A stretch of DNA of 49,178 nucleotides from contig CAZJVP010000019.1 in the NCBI GenBank assembly GCA_964549615.1, forward strand, positions 1 to 49,178, in the 5' to 3' direction. This document shows positions 28,610-37,908 of the stretch, piece by piece. Made by a program: the position numbers and the translations under genes. The stretch comes from an uncultured Thermococci archaeon (GTDB taxonomy: Archaea > CAYQAE01 > CAYVLA01). The notes under the pieces are model-generated. The model saw nothing but the letters and a program-made list of their open reading frames with translations, was not told the origin of the DNA and did not search any database. Each line of letters opens with the position of its first letter. Within the stretch, counting starts at the first letter, position 1.

Positions 28610-29734
28610 GTGATCAACGTACGCAGGTTCATCAGGCCCGAACGCTACGAAGATCGCTTCAGGGTCTCGCGGGAAAGGATCGCGAAGGCGAGGGCCTATG
28701 ATGAACCCGACAGGGTCCCCGTCCTGCTTTCCACCAACTACAGGTTCTCCGAGAGGTTCCACCCCATCAGCATGAGGCAGTACTTCCTTGACCCCAAGAA
28801 GCAGATCATCGGCAACCTCCTGCACACGAGGTTCATGCTGGAGAGTTTCGATCACGACGTCCCCGGAATCGGGCCGATGGCACCGAACTTCCACAACACC
28901 GTTGAGGCAAGCGCCTTCGGATGCGAGGTCGTCTTCCCGGAGCATGATGTCGCCATGGCCAGAACTCCGCTGCTTCACGACATACGGGATGTGGACGACC
29001 TTGAGGTCCCCGACCCCAGGAGGGACGGTCTGATGGCGAAGTGCTTCGAGTACTACGAGGTCTTCAAGAGGGAGCTTGGAAAGCAGATGGAGGTGGGGGT
29101 CGGCGGCAGCTGCGATGGCCCCTTCACCCTCGCGACCCAGCTTGTGAGGCCGAGGCAGATCATGCGGGCAATGCACGACGATCCCGGGCTGGTTAGAAAA
29201 CTCATGGAGATCTGCACCGAGACCGAGATCGTCTGGATCAAGGAGAGACTGGAGGAGGAGGGCAGGGCCGGCGAGGAGCGAGAGTCGTGGGCCTTCGCGG
29301 ACGATTCCTGTCAGTTACTCTCCCCACGGCTCTACAGGAAGTTCGTTGCTCCATACCAGCGACGGATAGTGAATCGGTTCAGCAAGGGCAGGGTGAGCGG
29401 CATCCACATGTGCGGGCATGTTTCGCACCTGATCCCCCTGATTCGAAAGCTGTTCCATCCCCAGCAGTGGGACTTCGGATACCCAATCGATCCACTCTGG
29501 GCCAAGGAGGTCATCGGGGACGAGTGCATCCTGATCGGCAACGTGAGCCCCCTCCTGCTTGCAACCGGAACTCCGTCCGAGGTTCAGGCCGCCTCCAGGA
29601 GGTGCATCGAGGCGGTCGCGGGCGGAGCGGGCTACATCCTGATGGACGGCAACAACATCCCCAGGGCGCCGCTGGAGAACGTGCGGGCGATGATCGATGC
29701 AGCGAAGAAGTTCGGGCGCTATCCTCGGGCTTAG
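28610..29734 (+). CDS. Uroporphyrinogen decarboxylase / MtaA-CmuA methyltransferase-like protein
   Basis: PDRVPV, EASAFG, GPFTLA, ADD, HMCG, GNVSP, GYIL. Start uncertain. Confidence 0.85.
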   Translation: MINVRRFIRPERYEDRFRVSRERIAKARAYDEPDRVPVLLSTNYRFSERFHPISMRQYFLDPKKQIIGNLLHTRFMLESFDHDVPGIGPMAPNFHNTVEASAFGCEVVFPEHDVAMARTPLLHDIRDVDDLEVPDPRRDGLMAKCFEYYEVFKRELGKQMEVGVGGSCDGPFTLATQLVRPRQIMRAMHDDPGLVRKLMEICTETEIVWIKERLEEEGRAGEERESWAFADDSCQLLSPRLYRKFVAPYQRRIVNRFSKGRVSGIHMCGHVSHLIPLIRKLFHPQQWDFGYPIDPLWAKEVIGDECILIGNVSPLLLATGTPSEVQAASRRCIEAVAGGAGYILMDGNNIPRAPLENVRAMIDAAKKFGRYPRA

Positions 29735-29737
29735 CGC

Positions 29738-30736
29738 CTAGCGTGCCAGCAGTTCGACGTTCACCAGGTGGGCCGGTGGCTCGCCCCGAAGGATCTGCGC
29801 AGCTTGTTCGGCTGCCTTGCGCTCAAGCTCAATCACGGACTCCTCCGAATACCATGCCACGTGGGGGGTTATCAGGATCCGGTCCACTCCTAGGATCGGG
29901 CTGTCGGGTGCAGGCGGCTCGGATGCCAGCGTGTCGAGAGCCGCGCCGGCTATCGCTCCGGTTTCAACCGCCCTTGCGAGGGCCGCCTCATCCACGATCC
30001 CGCCCCTGGACGCGTTTACGAGGTAGGCGGTCCTTTTCATCATCGCAAGTTCCCTGGCGCCGATCATCCCCCGCGTTTGCGAGGTGAGGGGAACGTGGAT
30101 GCTGACGACGTCAGAGGCTCTCAGAACGGAGGCGAGGTCAAGGAGGCTGACTGCGCCCGCAAGGTCGCCTAGACTCTCCGGTTTGACGTACGGGTCGTGG
30201 GCGAGGACCGAGACCTGGAAGGCCAGAAGCCGCCTTGCCACCTCGCTTCCGATCCTGCCCAGGCCCACAAGCCCGACCGTCTTTCCGGCCAACCTCGGCA
30301 TCGGCCTGTAGGACTTCCACCCGGAGGTATCGACGTAAAGCCCACGGCGGACGTAGCTATCAAGTTCCGGGATGCGGCGCGTCAAGGAAAGAATCAGGCC
30401 CACCGTGTGTTCGGCAACGTCCACGGTGCAGTAGCCTGGCACGTTCGCGACGTATATGCCTCTCTCGGTTGCTGCCTTGACGTCGACGTTGTCATAGCCG
30501 ATCCCATACCTGATGATCCCGCGCGTCTCGGTCAGGCCCTCTATGATCGCCCGATCCATCATGGCAAGGTTAACCAATGCGACATAGGCGTGGCGAAGCG
30601 CGGACGCCAGTTCATCGCGATTTTTGCAGTCATGGACCTCAAGCTCTCCCCCCGCTCTGGTTACGATCTCCTGCTCCAGATCGATATGGGTCAAGGGCCT
30701 GTCGGTGATTACGACCTTCCTACTCGGCTTGCTCAC
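29738..30736 (-). CDS. D-isomer-specific 2-hydroxyacid dehydrogenase (CtBP-like)
   Basis: RYGIGYDNVD, GLGRIG, HVPLT, NASRG, EP, TPHVAWYS. Confidence 0.92.
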   Translation of the reverse strand: MSKPSRKVVITDRPLTHIDLEQEIVTRAGGELEVHDCKNRDELASALRHAYVALVNLAMMDRAIIEGLTETRGIIRYGIGYDNVDVKAATERGIYVANVPGYCTVDVAEHTVGLILSLTRRIPELDSYVRRGLYVDTSGWKSYRPMPRLAGKTVGLVGLGRIGSEVARRLLAFQVSVLAHDPYVKPESLGDLAGAVSLLDLASVLRASDVVSIHVPLTSQTRGMIGARELAMMKRTAYLVNASRGGIVDEAALARAVETGAIAGAALDTLASEPPAPDSPILGVDRILITPHVAWYSEESVIELERKAAEQAAQILRGEPPAHLVNVELLAR

Positions 30737-30784
30737 GCCGATGCGGATCGCGGTGGGCTTATTCTCTCTTTCGCAGAGGCGCGG

Positions 30785-31165
30785 CTACCTGCCCGATATG
30801 GGAGCCCTCTCGTCGGTGAGGCACATTAGGTAGCTCTGCATCCTGACGGTGTACCTCTGGTAGCCCAGTATGAACTCCCACAACCCCTTCTGCTTTCGAC
30901 CTAGAACGAGTATGTGCAGCCACAATAGCACGTGGGCGACCGCGGCCACCACGGACCACAGCAGGTAGACGATGTAGAGAACGATCCCGTAGAAGAACCG
31001 CACGACGAGCTCCGTTCTCTTGGACTTCTCAGCGTAGTCCGCGTCCAGGCGGATCGGATACATGGCGAACTGCTTTCCGTCTGCCGGGGCGACAGGCCTG
31101 CCGCAGTGGCTGCAGAACGAGAAATCGTCTGGGATGTCCCTGCCGCAGAACCGACAGTACGTCAG
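30785..31165 (-). CDS. Zinc-ribbon plus DUF4389 membrane protein
   Basis: An in-frame YCRFCG...FCSHCG ribbon upstream of ATG 31063 begins at CTG 31165 after GGTGAT; DUF4389-like SRxELxxR...YLxxLTDERxP. Confidence 0.8.
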   Translation of the reverse strand: MTYCRFCGRDIPDDFSFCSHCGRPVAPADGKQFAMYPIRLDADYAEKSKRTELVVRFFYGIVLYIVYLLWSVVAAVAHVLLWLHILVLGRKQKGLWEFILGYQRYTVRMQSYLMCLTDERAPISGR

Positions 31166-31286
31166 ATCACCGGGCTCACAACCATTGGGAATTGATAAAA
31201 ATCTATCGTGATGGCACCAGAATGTAGTGCGAAAACCCCGGGATCACGAACTTCTTCCGAATCTCCAGATGGGATTGGCACGAACC

Positions 31287-31292
31287 TTTAAA
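31287..31292 (+). promoter_or_regulatory. Putative TATA box
   Basis: TTTAAA about 33 nt upstream of ATG 31325. Confidence 0.5.
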
Positions 31293-31324
31293 TCCTCTAA
31301 CCTTCACCTATGTTCGATCAACGC

Positions 31325-31951
31325 ATGTCGAAGAATGGGCTTCCGGTCATCGTCGTCGCGGTCCTCGTCGCATCCATGGGACTGGGGTGCCTGAAGATGG
31401 AAACGCGCCTCACGGTGCTTGAGAACGGCTCAGTAGTAAGCGGGGCACTCATAGCCGTGCAAGAGCTGTACTGGAATCTGACCGAGACCTCGAACCTCAC
31501 CTCATTTGCCGTCGAGAATGCCACGGTGTGGAGCGAGGGGGGTTGGATGTACATTCAGATCCCGGAGACGATCGTTCCGGAGGAGGACATGAAGGTGACA
31601 ACGACCAGGTACGCTGGGTACACGGAGTACGCGCTGGTCGCGAACCTTTCGGACTTTCAGGAGATGGGCGAGGAGGAGGGCTTGAACCTGTCGGACCCCT
31701 TCACGCAGTTCTTCCTTCAGACGATGACCTTCAACTTCACCGTGAAGATGCCCGGCCAGATCTTCGACTCGAATGCACACCGCGTGGAGGGCTCAACCGC
31801 GCTGTGGTTCTACAACGGAGCGACGATCCAGCCCGTCGACAGGCTCTACGTGAAGTCAAGGATCTCAACCCCGGAGGGCGCGCTGCAGCTGGCCGCACTG
31901 CCCTTGCTGCTGGCGGTTGCGCGCCTGAGAAGAAGGCCTAGATCAAGCTGA
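31325..31951 (+). CDS. LppM/DUF3153-like lipoprotein with C-terminal sorting-like tail
   Basis: MGLGC lipobox, FTVKMPGQIFDSNA...W, C-terminal TPE + hydrophobic stretch + RRR. Alternative ATG at 31310. Confidence 0.7.
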   Translation: MSKNGLPVIVVAVLVASMGLGCLKMETRLTVLENGSVVSGALIAVQELYWNLTETSNLTSFAVENATVWSEGGWMYIQIPETIVPEEDMKVTTTRYAGYTEYALVANLSDFQEMGEEEGLNLSDPFTQFFLQTMTFNFTVKMPGQIFDSNAHRVEGSTALWFYNGATIQPVDRLYVKSRISTPEGALQLAALPLLLAVARLRRRPRSS

Positions 31952-32813
31952 GCAGAAGGGCCTTCGCGGTGTGCAGGCGGTTCTCCGCCTCATCGAAGGC
32001 AAGGCACCGAGGCGAGTCTAGGACATCCGACGTTATCTCGTAGCCTCGCTGCGCCGGGAGGCAGTGGAGGACTATGGCATCCGGCTTGGCGAGGGAAAGG
32101 ATGTGCGAATCGATCGTGTAGCCCTTGAAGTCCCTCATGCGCCTCTCCTTCTGCGACTCTTGGCCCAGCGAAACCCACGTGTCCGTTGCCAGGACGTCCG
32201 CGTCCCTAGCAGCCTCTCTGGGGTCTCGAACGACCACCGCATTTGTCTTGATCTTCGGCTCATATCCCTCCGGCGTTGCGATGACCGTCTCCATGCCCAT
32301 CAGGTCGGCTGACTGGGAAAGCGATGTGAAGACGTTCGTCGAGTCGCCTATCCAGCCGAGTTTAAGGCCTTGAAGGCGCCCCTTGGCCTCCTTGATCGTC
32401 ATCAAATCGGCCAGTGCCTGGCAGGGATGGTGCTCGTCGTCCAGGCCGTTTATGACCGGCTTGTCGGATGCCCGCGCGATCCTCTTCATGTCTTCATGGA
32501 GGTATAGGCGCGCCATGATCGCGTCGCAGTACCGGCTCATCACCCGTGACTCATCTTCGATCTCCCCCTTGACGAAGTTGGTCTCGTCCCATTTCAGATT
32601 CACTGCATGGCCTCCCAGCTGCGTCATCGCGACCTCGAAGGACACCCTGGTTCTGGTCGAAGTCTTGGCGAAGAGCATGGCCAGGCTCTTGCCCTTGAGG
32701 TCGTCTCTGACGGCGTGCTCCCTCTTCAGCCTCATGGAGAGCCTAAGGAGATAGTCCAACTCGGCCTTGGTCAGATCGGTCACTTCAAGGAAGTCTCTTC
32801 CCTTAAGGTTCAT
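31938..32813 (-). CDS. argF: Ornithine carbamoyltransferase
   Basis: STRTRVSFE, HPCQALAD, DTWVSLG, HCLP, EAENRLH. Confidence 0.95.
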   Translation of the reverse strand: MNLKGRDFLEVTDLTKAELDYLLRLSMRLKREHAVRDDLKGKSLAMLFAKTSTRTRVSFEVAMTQLGGHAVNLKWDETNFVKGEIEDESRVMSRYCDAIMARLYLHEDMKRIARASDKPVINGLDDEHHPCQALADLMTIKEAKGRLQGLKLGWIGDSTNVFTSLSQSADLMGMETVIATPEGYEPKIKTNAVVVRDPREAARDADVLATDTWVSLGQESQKERRMRDFKGYTIDSHILSLAKPDAIVLHCLPAQRGYEITSDVLDSPRCLAFDEAENRLHTAKALLLSLI

Positions 32814-32929
32814 GGCGGGCCTAGTGGGACCTTCGAAGAAAAGTGCTTCGCAAGGAGACGTTGAGCTTTCCATCGTCGCGTCGAGGTGGGCGGAAAGGCG
32901 GCGCGGCCGCTGCAGCCTGCCTGGGCTAA

Positions 32930-32938
32930 TTTTTATAA
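32930..32938. promoter_or_regulatory. Putative TATA box between divergent argF and RDD genes
   Basis: TTTTTATAA in a GC-rich intergenic region. Confidence 0.5.
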
Positions 32939-32989
32939 GGGTCAGGGACTTGCTTCGCGCGCGTCCGAAAGGATGCTCTGAGGGAGATC

Positions 32990-33517
32990 ATGGCAGCTGA
33001 TATGAAACCGGTTCCCCAGCCTACGCCCGGGCCCCCGCCTGTGGCGCCTGCCCCGCAACCGCCAACCGATTACCTGTCCAAGCCCAGGGGCGACTTCCTG
33101 AGCAGGTTCATAGCCTGGCTGATCGACGTGATCATTCTCGGCATCATCCAGGTCATCATCGGGACCATCATCGGCGTGCCGCTGCTTTTCTCCAGGATTC
33201 AAGCGATGCGGCCGTTCGATATGGCCTCTCGGTACAGCGGTGCAAGCGTGCTGAGCCTGTTGATCGGAATAGCCTACTACGTATACTTCTGGGGCACCAC
33301 CGGTGCGACGCCGGGGAAGATGGCACTCGGCTTGAAGGTCATCGGGACGGACGGGACGATGCCGATCGGCTACGTGCGGGCATTCATACGCTACATAGGG
33401 TACATCGTTTCGACAATAGTCTGCTTGCTCGGCTACGTGCTGATCCTGGTTGACGAGCAGAAGCAGGGGCTGCATGACAAGATCGCCTCAACATACGTCG
33501 TGAAGTCACAAACGTAA
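32990..33517 (+). CDS. RDD-family membrane protein
   Basis: RFIAWLID, GATPGKMALGLKV, QGLHDKIASTYVV; Pro-rich N-terminus. Confidence 0.92.
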   Translation: MAADMKPVPQPTPGPPPVAPAPQPPTDYLSKPRGDFLSRFIAWLIDVIILGIIQVIIGTIIGVPLLFSRIQAMRPFDMASRYSGASVLSLLIGIAYYVYFWGTTGATPGKMALGLKVIGTDGTMPIGYVRAFIRYIGYIVSTIVCLLGYVLILVDEQKQGLHDKIASTYVVKSQT

Positions 33518-33549
33518 GCTCCGGCGGGCTGCTTGCCGGAGCGTTTTTT
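33518..33549 (+). terminator. Hairpin plus T-tract terminator
   Basis: GCTCCGGC/GCCGGAGC 8-bp stem directly after the TAA, followed by GTTTTTT. Confidence 0.75.
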
Positions 33550-33895
33550 GCCGATTCGGCCCCCAGCATCATAACTGTGGAGGTCGCACGGCATCAGGGG
33601 TTCGAGCGAGTTGAGCTTGCATGAACATTTCAGGTTCCGTTGAGTACGGTCGAAGGCCGGCCGGCATGCGCAACGCCTTCCAGGCACCTTTGCGGCAGGA
33701 ACTCCGCACGGTTGGTACTTGACGTCCACCGTCAAGCCTTGTGCGCCGACAGCAGACCGGGAGGCGGTGGGACCGCCACTGGCCGCAGGACTCGTCTGGC
33801 ATGGATGCTGAGAATCGGCAGGGCAGTCACCACGCTCAACGGGTGTTCATCTTCGCCGCGTCGCAGCGCCCTGCCAACTTTTCCGCCGGCACCCG

Positions 33896-34408
33896 TCAGC
33901 TGCGGAGACTTGGCGGTGGGCGTTTCCTCCGGACGTGTAGGACGCTCGACACGGCAGATTCCGCTTCGGGCGCGACGTAGAACGCCAGTGCTAGGCCGAA
34001 GAGGAAGCCCGTCAAGGCCCTGAGCGAATTGGTGCTGGAACGAAGGCCGAGAAGCTGCGTCCCGCCGTCGACCACGAGGGGGAACGCGGCGATGAACAGG
34101 AATCGGGGCCTCGGAACGGGTGGGGATCCGATGGCGGGATACAGTACCGATGTCACGAGCACTCCAAGGTAGAGGAAGGTGCATCTTGTGCACACGGCGA
34201 GGGGGCTTCCCTTGATGGCGAGGGACCTTTCTGGGTCCTGATGGCAGACCCAGGAGAAGATGAAGTAGACCGGCCCGGACAGGGGCCTGAGGCCTTCGGC
34301 TGAGGCAAGAAGCGGCGCCGCTACGATCATGGAAAGCCAAAGCAATAGCGCAAGGAGGTAGACGAGGTATCGGCGACTCGGCCGTCGCGCGCGCATGCGC
34401 ACCGCCAT
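33896..34408 (-). CDS. DUF2085 membrane protein
   Basis: CHQDPERS, VCTRC, PLVVDGGTQ, STNSLRALTG. Start at 34408 or 34396. Confidence 0.88.
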   Translation of the reverse strand: MAVRMRARRPSRRYLVYLLALLLWLSMIVAAPLLASAEGLRPLSGPVYFIFSWVCHQDPERSLAIKGSPLAVCTRCTFLYLGVLVTSVLYPAIGSPPVPRPRFLFIAAFPLVVDGGTQLLGLRSSTNSLRALTGFLFGLALAFYVAPEAESAVSSVLHVRRKRPPPSLRS

Positions 34409-34430
34409 CCGCTTTGTGCCGTGGGCTTGC

Positions 34431-34438
34431 ATTTATAT
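34431..34438. promoter_or_regulatory. Probable bidirectional TATA box
   Basis: ATTTATAT about 25 nt from both divergent start codons (34408 and 34462). Confidence 0.5.
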
Positions 34439-34461
34439 CTGGCTCGCTAGGCCGAGCCGCG

Positions 34462-35283
34462 ATGGGCCGGGTGGACATGAGGTTTTTGGCGCCAACGGTC
34501 TGCGAGGTATTCGGCGTCAGGAAGCCTCAATCCTGTGAGGGAGGGGCCTTGCCCGAGATCGTCCGCGACATGGGCCACCCCCGTCGCCTGGTCACGGTCG
34601 TGCTCGATGGCCTTGGAACCGAGGCGCTTGAGGCGCATGCGGACAGTTGCCCTAATCTCAGGTCCATCTCGAGGCTGCACTACCTTGAGATTCGGGCCGT
34701 GCGTCCGCCCAAGACGCCAGTCAACTTCGCAACGATGGCCACTGGAGCCTCCCAGCGCGTTCACGGGGTTTCCGAGAAAACCGATCCGCTTCGGGTGGAG
34801 ACGATCTTCCGGGTCTTGGAGGAATCAGGCATTTCGACCTGCGTGGCCGGGCGCCAGTCGGGGAGCCCTGCCCACCTTTTCTCGGGGCTCGCCAGGCATC
34901 GCGCGATCGCCGGCACGAATACCGATGCCGAGGTCCTCGAGCTAGTTCTAGATGCCCTGCGTCACCGCAAGCCGGGATTCACGTTGGTCCAGTTCCTGGA
35001 CATCGATGAGGCCGAGCACGAAGCGGGCCCCTTCGGCGAGGCAGTTCGCGATGCGGTCCTGGGCACCGACGTCAGGCTCGGGAGATTGGCGAAAGCCGTC
35101 GCAGCGGAGGGCGGAGGCATGGTCGTGTTGGCCGACCACGGCCAGCACGAGGTCGTCGTGGGACATGGAGACAGAGCTGTGACCAGGGGAAAGCACGACG
35201 GCACATCGCCGCAGGACTTCCTCGTTCCCCTCGTTTGGTGTAACCCGGACGAGCTTGCGGCCCTGGTGGAAACCGCAGCGTAG
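34462..35283 (+). CDS. Alkaline phosphatase superfamily protein (NPP/phosphodiesterase-like)
   Basis: VLDGLG, PPKTPVNFATMATG (Thr nucleophile), DIDEAEH, ADHG, GKH. Confidence 0.85.
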   Translation: MGRVDMRFLAPTVCEVFGVRKPQSCEGGALPEIVRDMGHPRRLVTVVLDGLGTEALEAHADSCPNLRSISRLHYLEIRAVRPPKTPVNFATMATGASQRVHGVSEKTDPLRVETIFRVLEESGISTCVAGRQSGSPAHLFSGLARHRAIAGTNTDAEVLELVLDALRHRKPGFTLVQFLDIDEAEHEAGPFGEAVRDAVLGTDVRLGRLAKAVAAEGGGMVVLADHGQHEVVVGHGDRAVTRGKHDGTSPQDFLVPLVWCNPDELAALVETAA

Positions 35284-35377
35284 CACCAACGAAGCCCTGG
35301 GCCGCCTTTGGGGGGAACGATACATATTTCCTTACGGCGCCCCACCCTATGCCTCCGAACGCCAGACAGGGTCCCCG

Positions 35378-36532
35378 ATGATCGACGTCAAGAAAGTCGA
35401 CCAAGCGTCCAAGATGGCCGCAAGGTGGCTTCTCAAGTCCAGCCAGATAACGGACAGGCACGATCCCAATCTCGGGGCATTCAGGACCGAGTATGAACTC
35501 GCCGAAGGGACGCTGTGCCTGAGCAGGGAGGCTTGGCATACATCCGAGGCCATCAGGGCGCTTCTCAGGATCCATGCACGAACTGGAAACCCCGCGTGGA
35601 AGGATTCCGCGGTGCTGGCCGGAAGATACCTCGAGTCGATCCAGTGCACTGCGGCGGATGGCAACGAAGCGGGGTCGCTGTGGAAGCCGTGGCTGCAGGG
35701 CAAGGATCCCCTCTCCGTGTCGATGAACTATCGGGCCATAGCCGGGCTCCTTGAGCTGTACTCAACGACCGGCGCATCACGCTACCTGGAAAGTTCCAAG
35801 GCGATAGTCGACTGGTTCATCAAGAGGGTCTATCGGGGCGGGGGCACGCACCTTGACCGCTTCTTTCCCGACAAGAGGGCGTTCGGGTGGCCTCGCAGCC
35901 ACATCCTCGACGGGGGGTCCTTCGTGAGGCTGCACGACCTTACCCGCGAGGAAAGGTATGCCGGGATCGTCAGGGACCAGGTTGACGGCCTGATCTCATC
36001 CCTTGAGCCCGAGGGAACCTTCTCGTGCATGCACACGCCGAGGATGGAGAAGGAAGCCGAAGATAGCACCGGCAAGATCCCATCCAGGGGAATGTATTGG
36101 CATCTCGTATCGATGCTCATGGTGCAGCTCAAGCGGGGAAGCGCTCGAGTCATGGAAGGTCTCAACGCCGCGGCGGCCCTCATGAGGGACCTGCAGGACC
36201 CCGACGGATTCCTTTCGCAGGCGTACGCGCTGCAAGGCAGGGCCGAATTTCGACCTGAGCCTGACGGCGCGGCGACCGCGATGTTTGCCTTCATCTGGAT
36301 GAAGATGCATGAGCTCTCGGGCGAGGAAGCCTACCGGCAGAGCGCCGAGAAGGCTCTCCTCTGGATGATGAGGTCGCAGTTCGTCTCACACAGGGAGGCC
36401 GGCGCTTTCGGGGCCTTCTTCCAAGAAAGGAGGATCCACGATGGGCGGCCCACCAACTACCTTGGAGGCCTCGCCTCGATCTACGGAATACTGGCATGCG
36501 AGGAGTATCTCAGGCTCTATGGCGGAGGGTAG
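35378..36532 (+). CDS. (alpha/alpha)6-barrel protein, glycoside hydrolase/epimerase-like
   Basis: Repeated LxxLYxxTGxxxYxxxA helical-hairpin units, QxxDG, ATAMF. Confidence 0.6.
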   Translation: MIDVKKVDQASKMAARWLLKSSQITDRHDPNLGAFRTEYELAEGTLCLSREAWHTSEAIRALLRIHARTGNPAWKDSAVLAGRYLESIQCTAADGNEAGSLWKPWLQGKDPLSVSMNYRAIAGLLELYSTTGASRYLESSKAIVDWFIKRVYRGGGTHLDRFFPDKRAFGWPRSHILDGGSFVRLHDLTREERYAGIVRDQVDGLISSLEPEGTFSCMHTPRMEKEAEDSTGKIPSRGMYWHLVSMLMVQLKRGSARVMEGLNAAAALMRDLQDPDGFLSQAYALQGRAEFRPEPDGAATAMFAFIWMKMHELSGEEAYRQSAEKALLWMMRSQFVSHREAGAFGAFFQERRIHDGRPTNYLGGLASIYGILACEEYLRLYGGG

Positions 36533-36550
36533 AAGGGAGCAAAGAAGGGA

Positions 36551-37258
36551 GTGGCGATGCGGAGGAAGTCCGTGGCGCAGCTCGTCGGCGTCGAGAAGAG
36601 TTATCGGATCGGGGGGATCGAGGTTCACGCGCTGAAGGGTGTAACCCTGTCCTTCTTCTCGGGCGAGTTCGCGTCCGTGGTCGGGTCGACGGGGTCGGGC
36701 TGGCCAACCTTGCTCAGCATCATCGCGTGCCTGTCCAGGCCGAGCTCGGGGCGGGTCGTCGTGGCCGGGACTAACGTCACCCGGGCCGGGGAGGACCAAC
36801 TGGACGAGCTTCGGCTGAGGAAGATCGGTTTCCTTTCACAGGCGTTCAACCTGATCCCGAACATGACGGCGTTTGAGAACATCGAGCTTGCCCTGCGGAT
36901 GGCTGGGACGGTTGACGGGTCCATCGAGGAGAAGGTCGGCGAGATGCTCTCGAGCGTGGGCCTCGAGGGGAAGGAGACCGAGATTCCGAGGAAGCTATCA
37001 AGGCTCGAGGCCATTCGCCTCGCGATCGCCAAGAGCCTAGCCAACGACCCGGTTCTGCTGGTCTGCGATGATCCGACCGCCAACCTCGAGGACGAGGAGG
37101 CGGCCCAGATCATAGGGCTGCTGGGGAAGTTTAACCAAGAAATGGGAACCACCGTCGTGCTTGGGACGGGAAACTTGGAGATCGCTGCGCGCACAAAGCG
37201 GGTCATCGGCATGGCGAACGGAAGGACCGTTCCGGCTGCGTCGCTCGAGGACGATTGA
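36551..37258 (+). CDS. LolD/MacB-like ABC ATP-binding domain with degenerate catalytic motifs
   Basis: VHALKGV, GSTGSGWPT, QAFNLIP, LSRLE, CDDPTANL, GTGN. Confidence 0.85.
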   Translation: MAMRRKSVAQLVGVEKSYRIGGIEVHALKGVTLSFFSGEFASVVGSTGSGWPTLLSIIACLSRPSSGRVVVAGTNVTRAGEDQLDELRLRKIGFLSQAFNLIPNMTAFENIELALRMAGTVDGSIEEKVGEMLSSVGLEGKETEIPRKLSRLEAIRLAIAKSLANDPVLLVCDDPTANLEDEEAAQIIGLLGKFNQEMGTTVVLGTGNLEIAARTKRVIGMANGRTVPAASLEDD

Positions 37259-37611
37259 GGCTGGAAGGAGGCGTCCGGGCTCCGGGGGTTTCGTGCCAAT
37301 CTTGGTTATGCACGCCACATGTCCATTTTGGGGTTTCGGCGGCGCTGAGCAAGAGCAAGCTGGCGGTTGATCCGGCCGAACTGAGAGCATTCATGGAGCG
37401 CGGCGGCCTCCTTGCAACGGCGAGGGTCCGCATGCAAGGGACATCAGGGACCGGCCGTCCATGGATGTACGCTTCGAGCAGGCCTGCAGCTTCTGGGTCG
37501 TTCCGCCGATTTGGGCCAGTTCGATCCGATGTGTCTTGGTCTTTTCTCTCGCGTTCGACCCTCACATAACATTTTTGTATCGATCTGAACCAATTTAATA
37601 CGGGATCGCCG

Positions 37612-37908
37612 TTGGCCGTCACCGTAACAACAAGGGTCGAGAAAGACTTGGCAAAGGCAATCGACGAGATCGCCAAGCAGGAGGGCATGGACCGGTCAAC
37701 CATCATACGCAGGTTCTTGTCGCAGGCGGTAAGGGGTTGGCTTATGCAGACGGCCCTGAGGAAGTACGAGGAAGGTGCCATCACATTGTGGCAAGCCGCC
37801 GAGCAATGCGGGCTCTCTCTCTGGCAGATCATCGAGGAGGCAAGAGCCAGGGGAATCCGTTCACCGTACTCGCTCGAGGACCTCAGGGAAGATTTGAGGG
37901 CTTTGTAG
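37612..37908 (+). CDS. UPF0175-family antitoxin (RHH + HTH)
   Basis: VTTRV...DRSTIIR RHH-like segment; YEEGAITLWQAAEQCGLSLW. Confidence 0.85.
   Translation: MAVTVTTRVEKDLAKAIDEIAKQEGMDRSTIIRRFLSQAVRGWLMQTALRKYEEGAITLWQAAEQCGLSLWQIIEEARARGIRSPYSLEDLREDLRAL

Noticed and set aside
33550-33900. Minus-strand LTGAGGKVGRALR resembling a Rossmann/epimerase start
   Set aside because: No start codon or continuous downstream similarity; too weak to call a pseudogene
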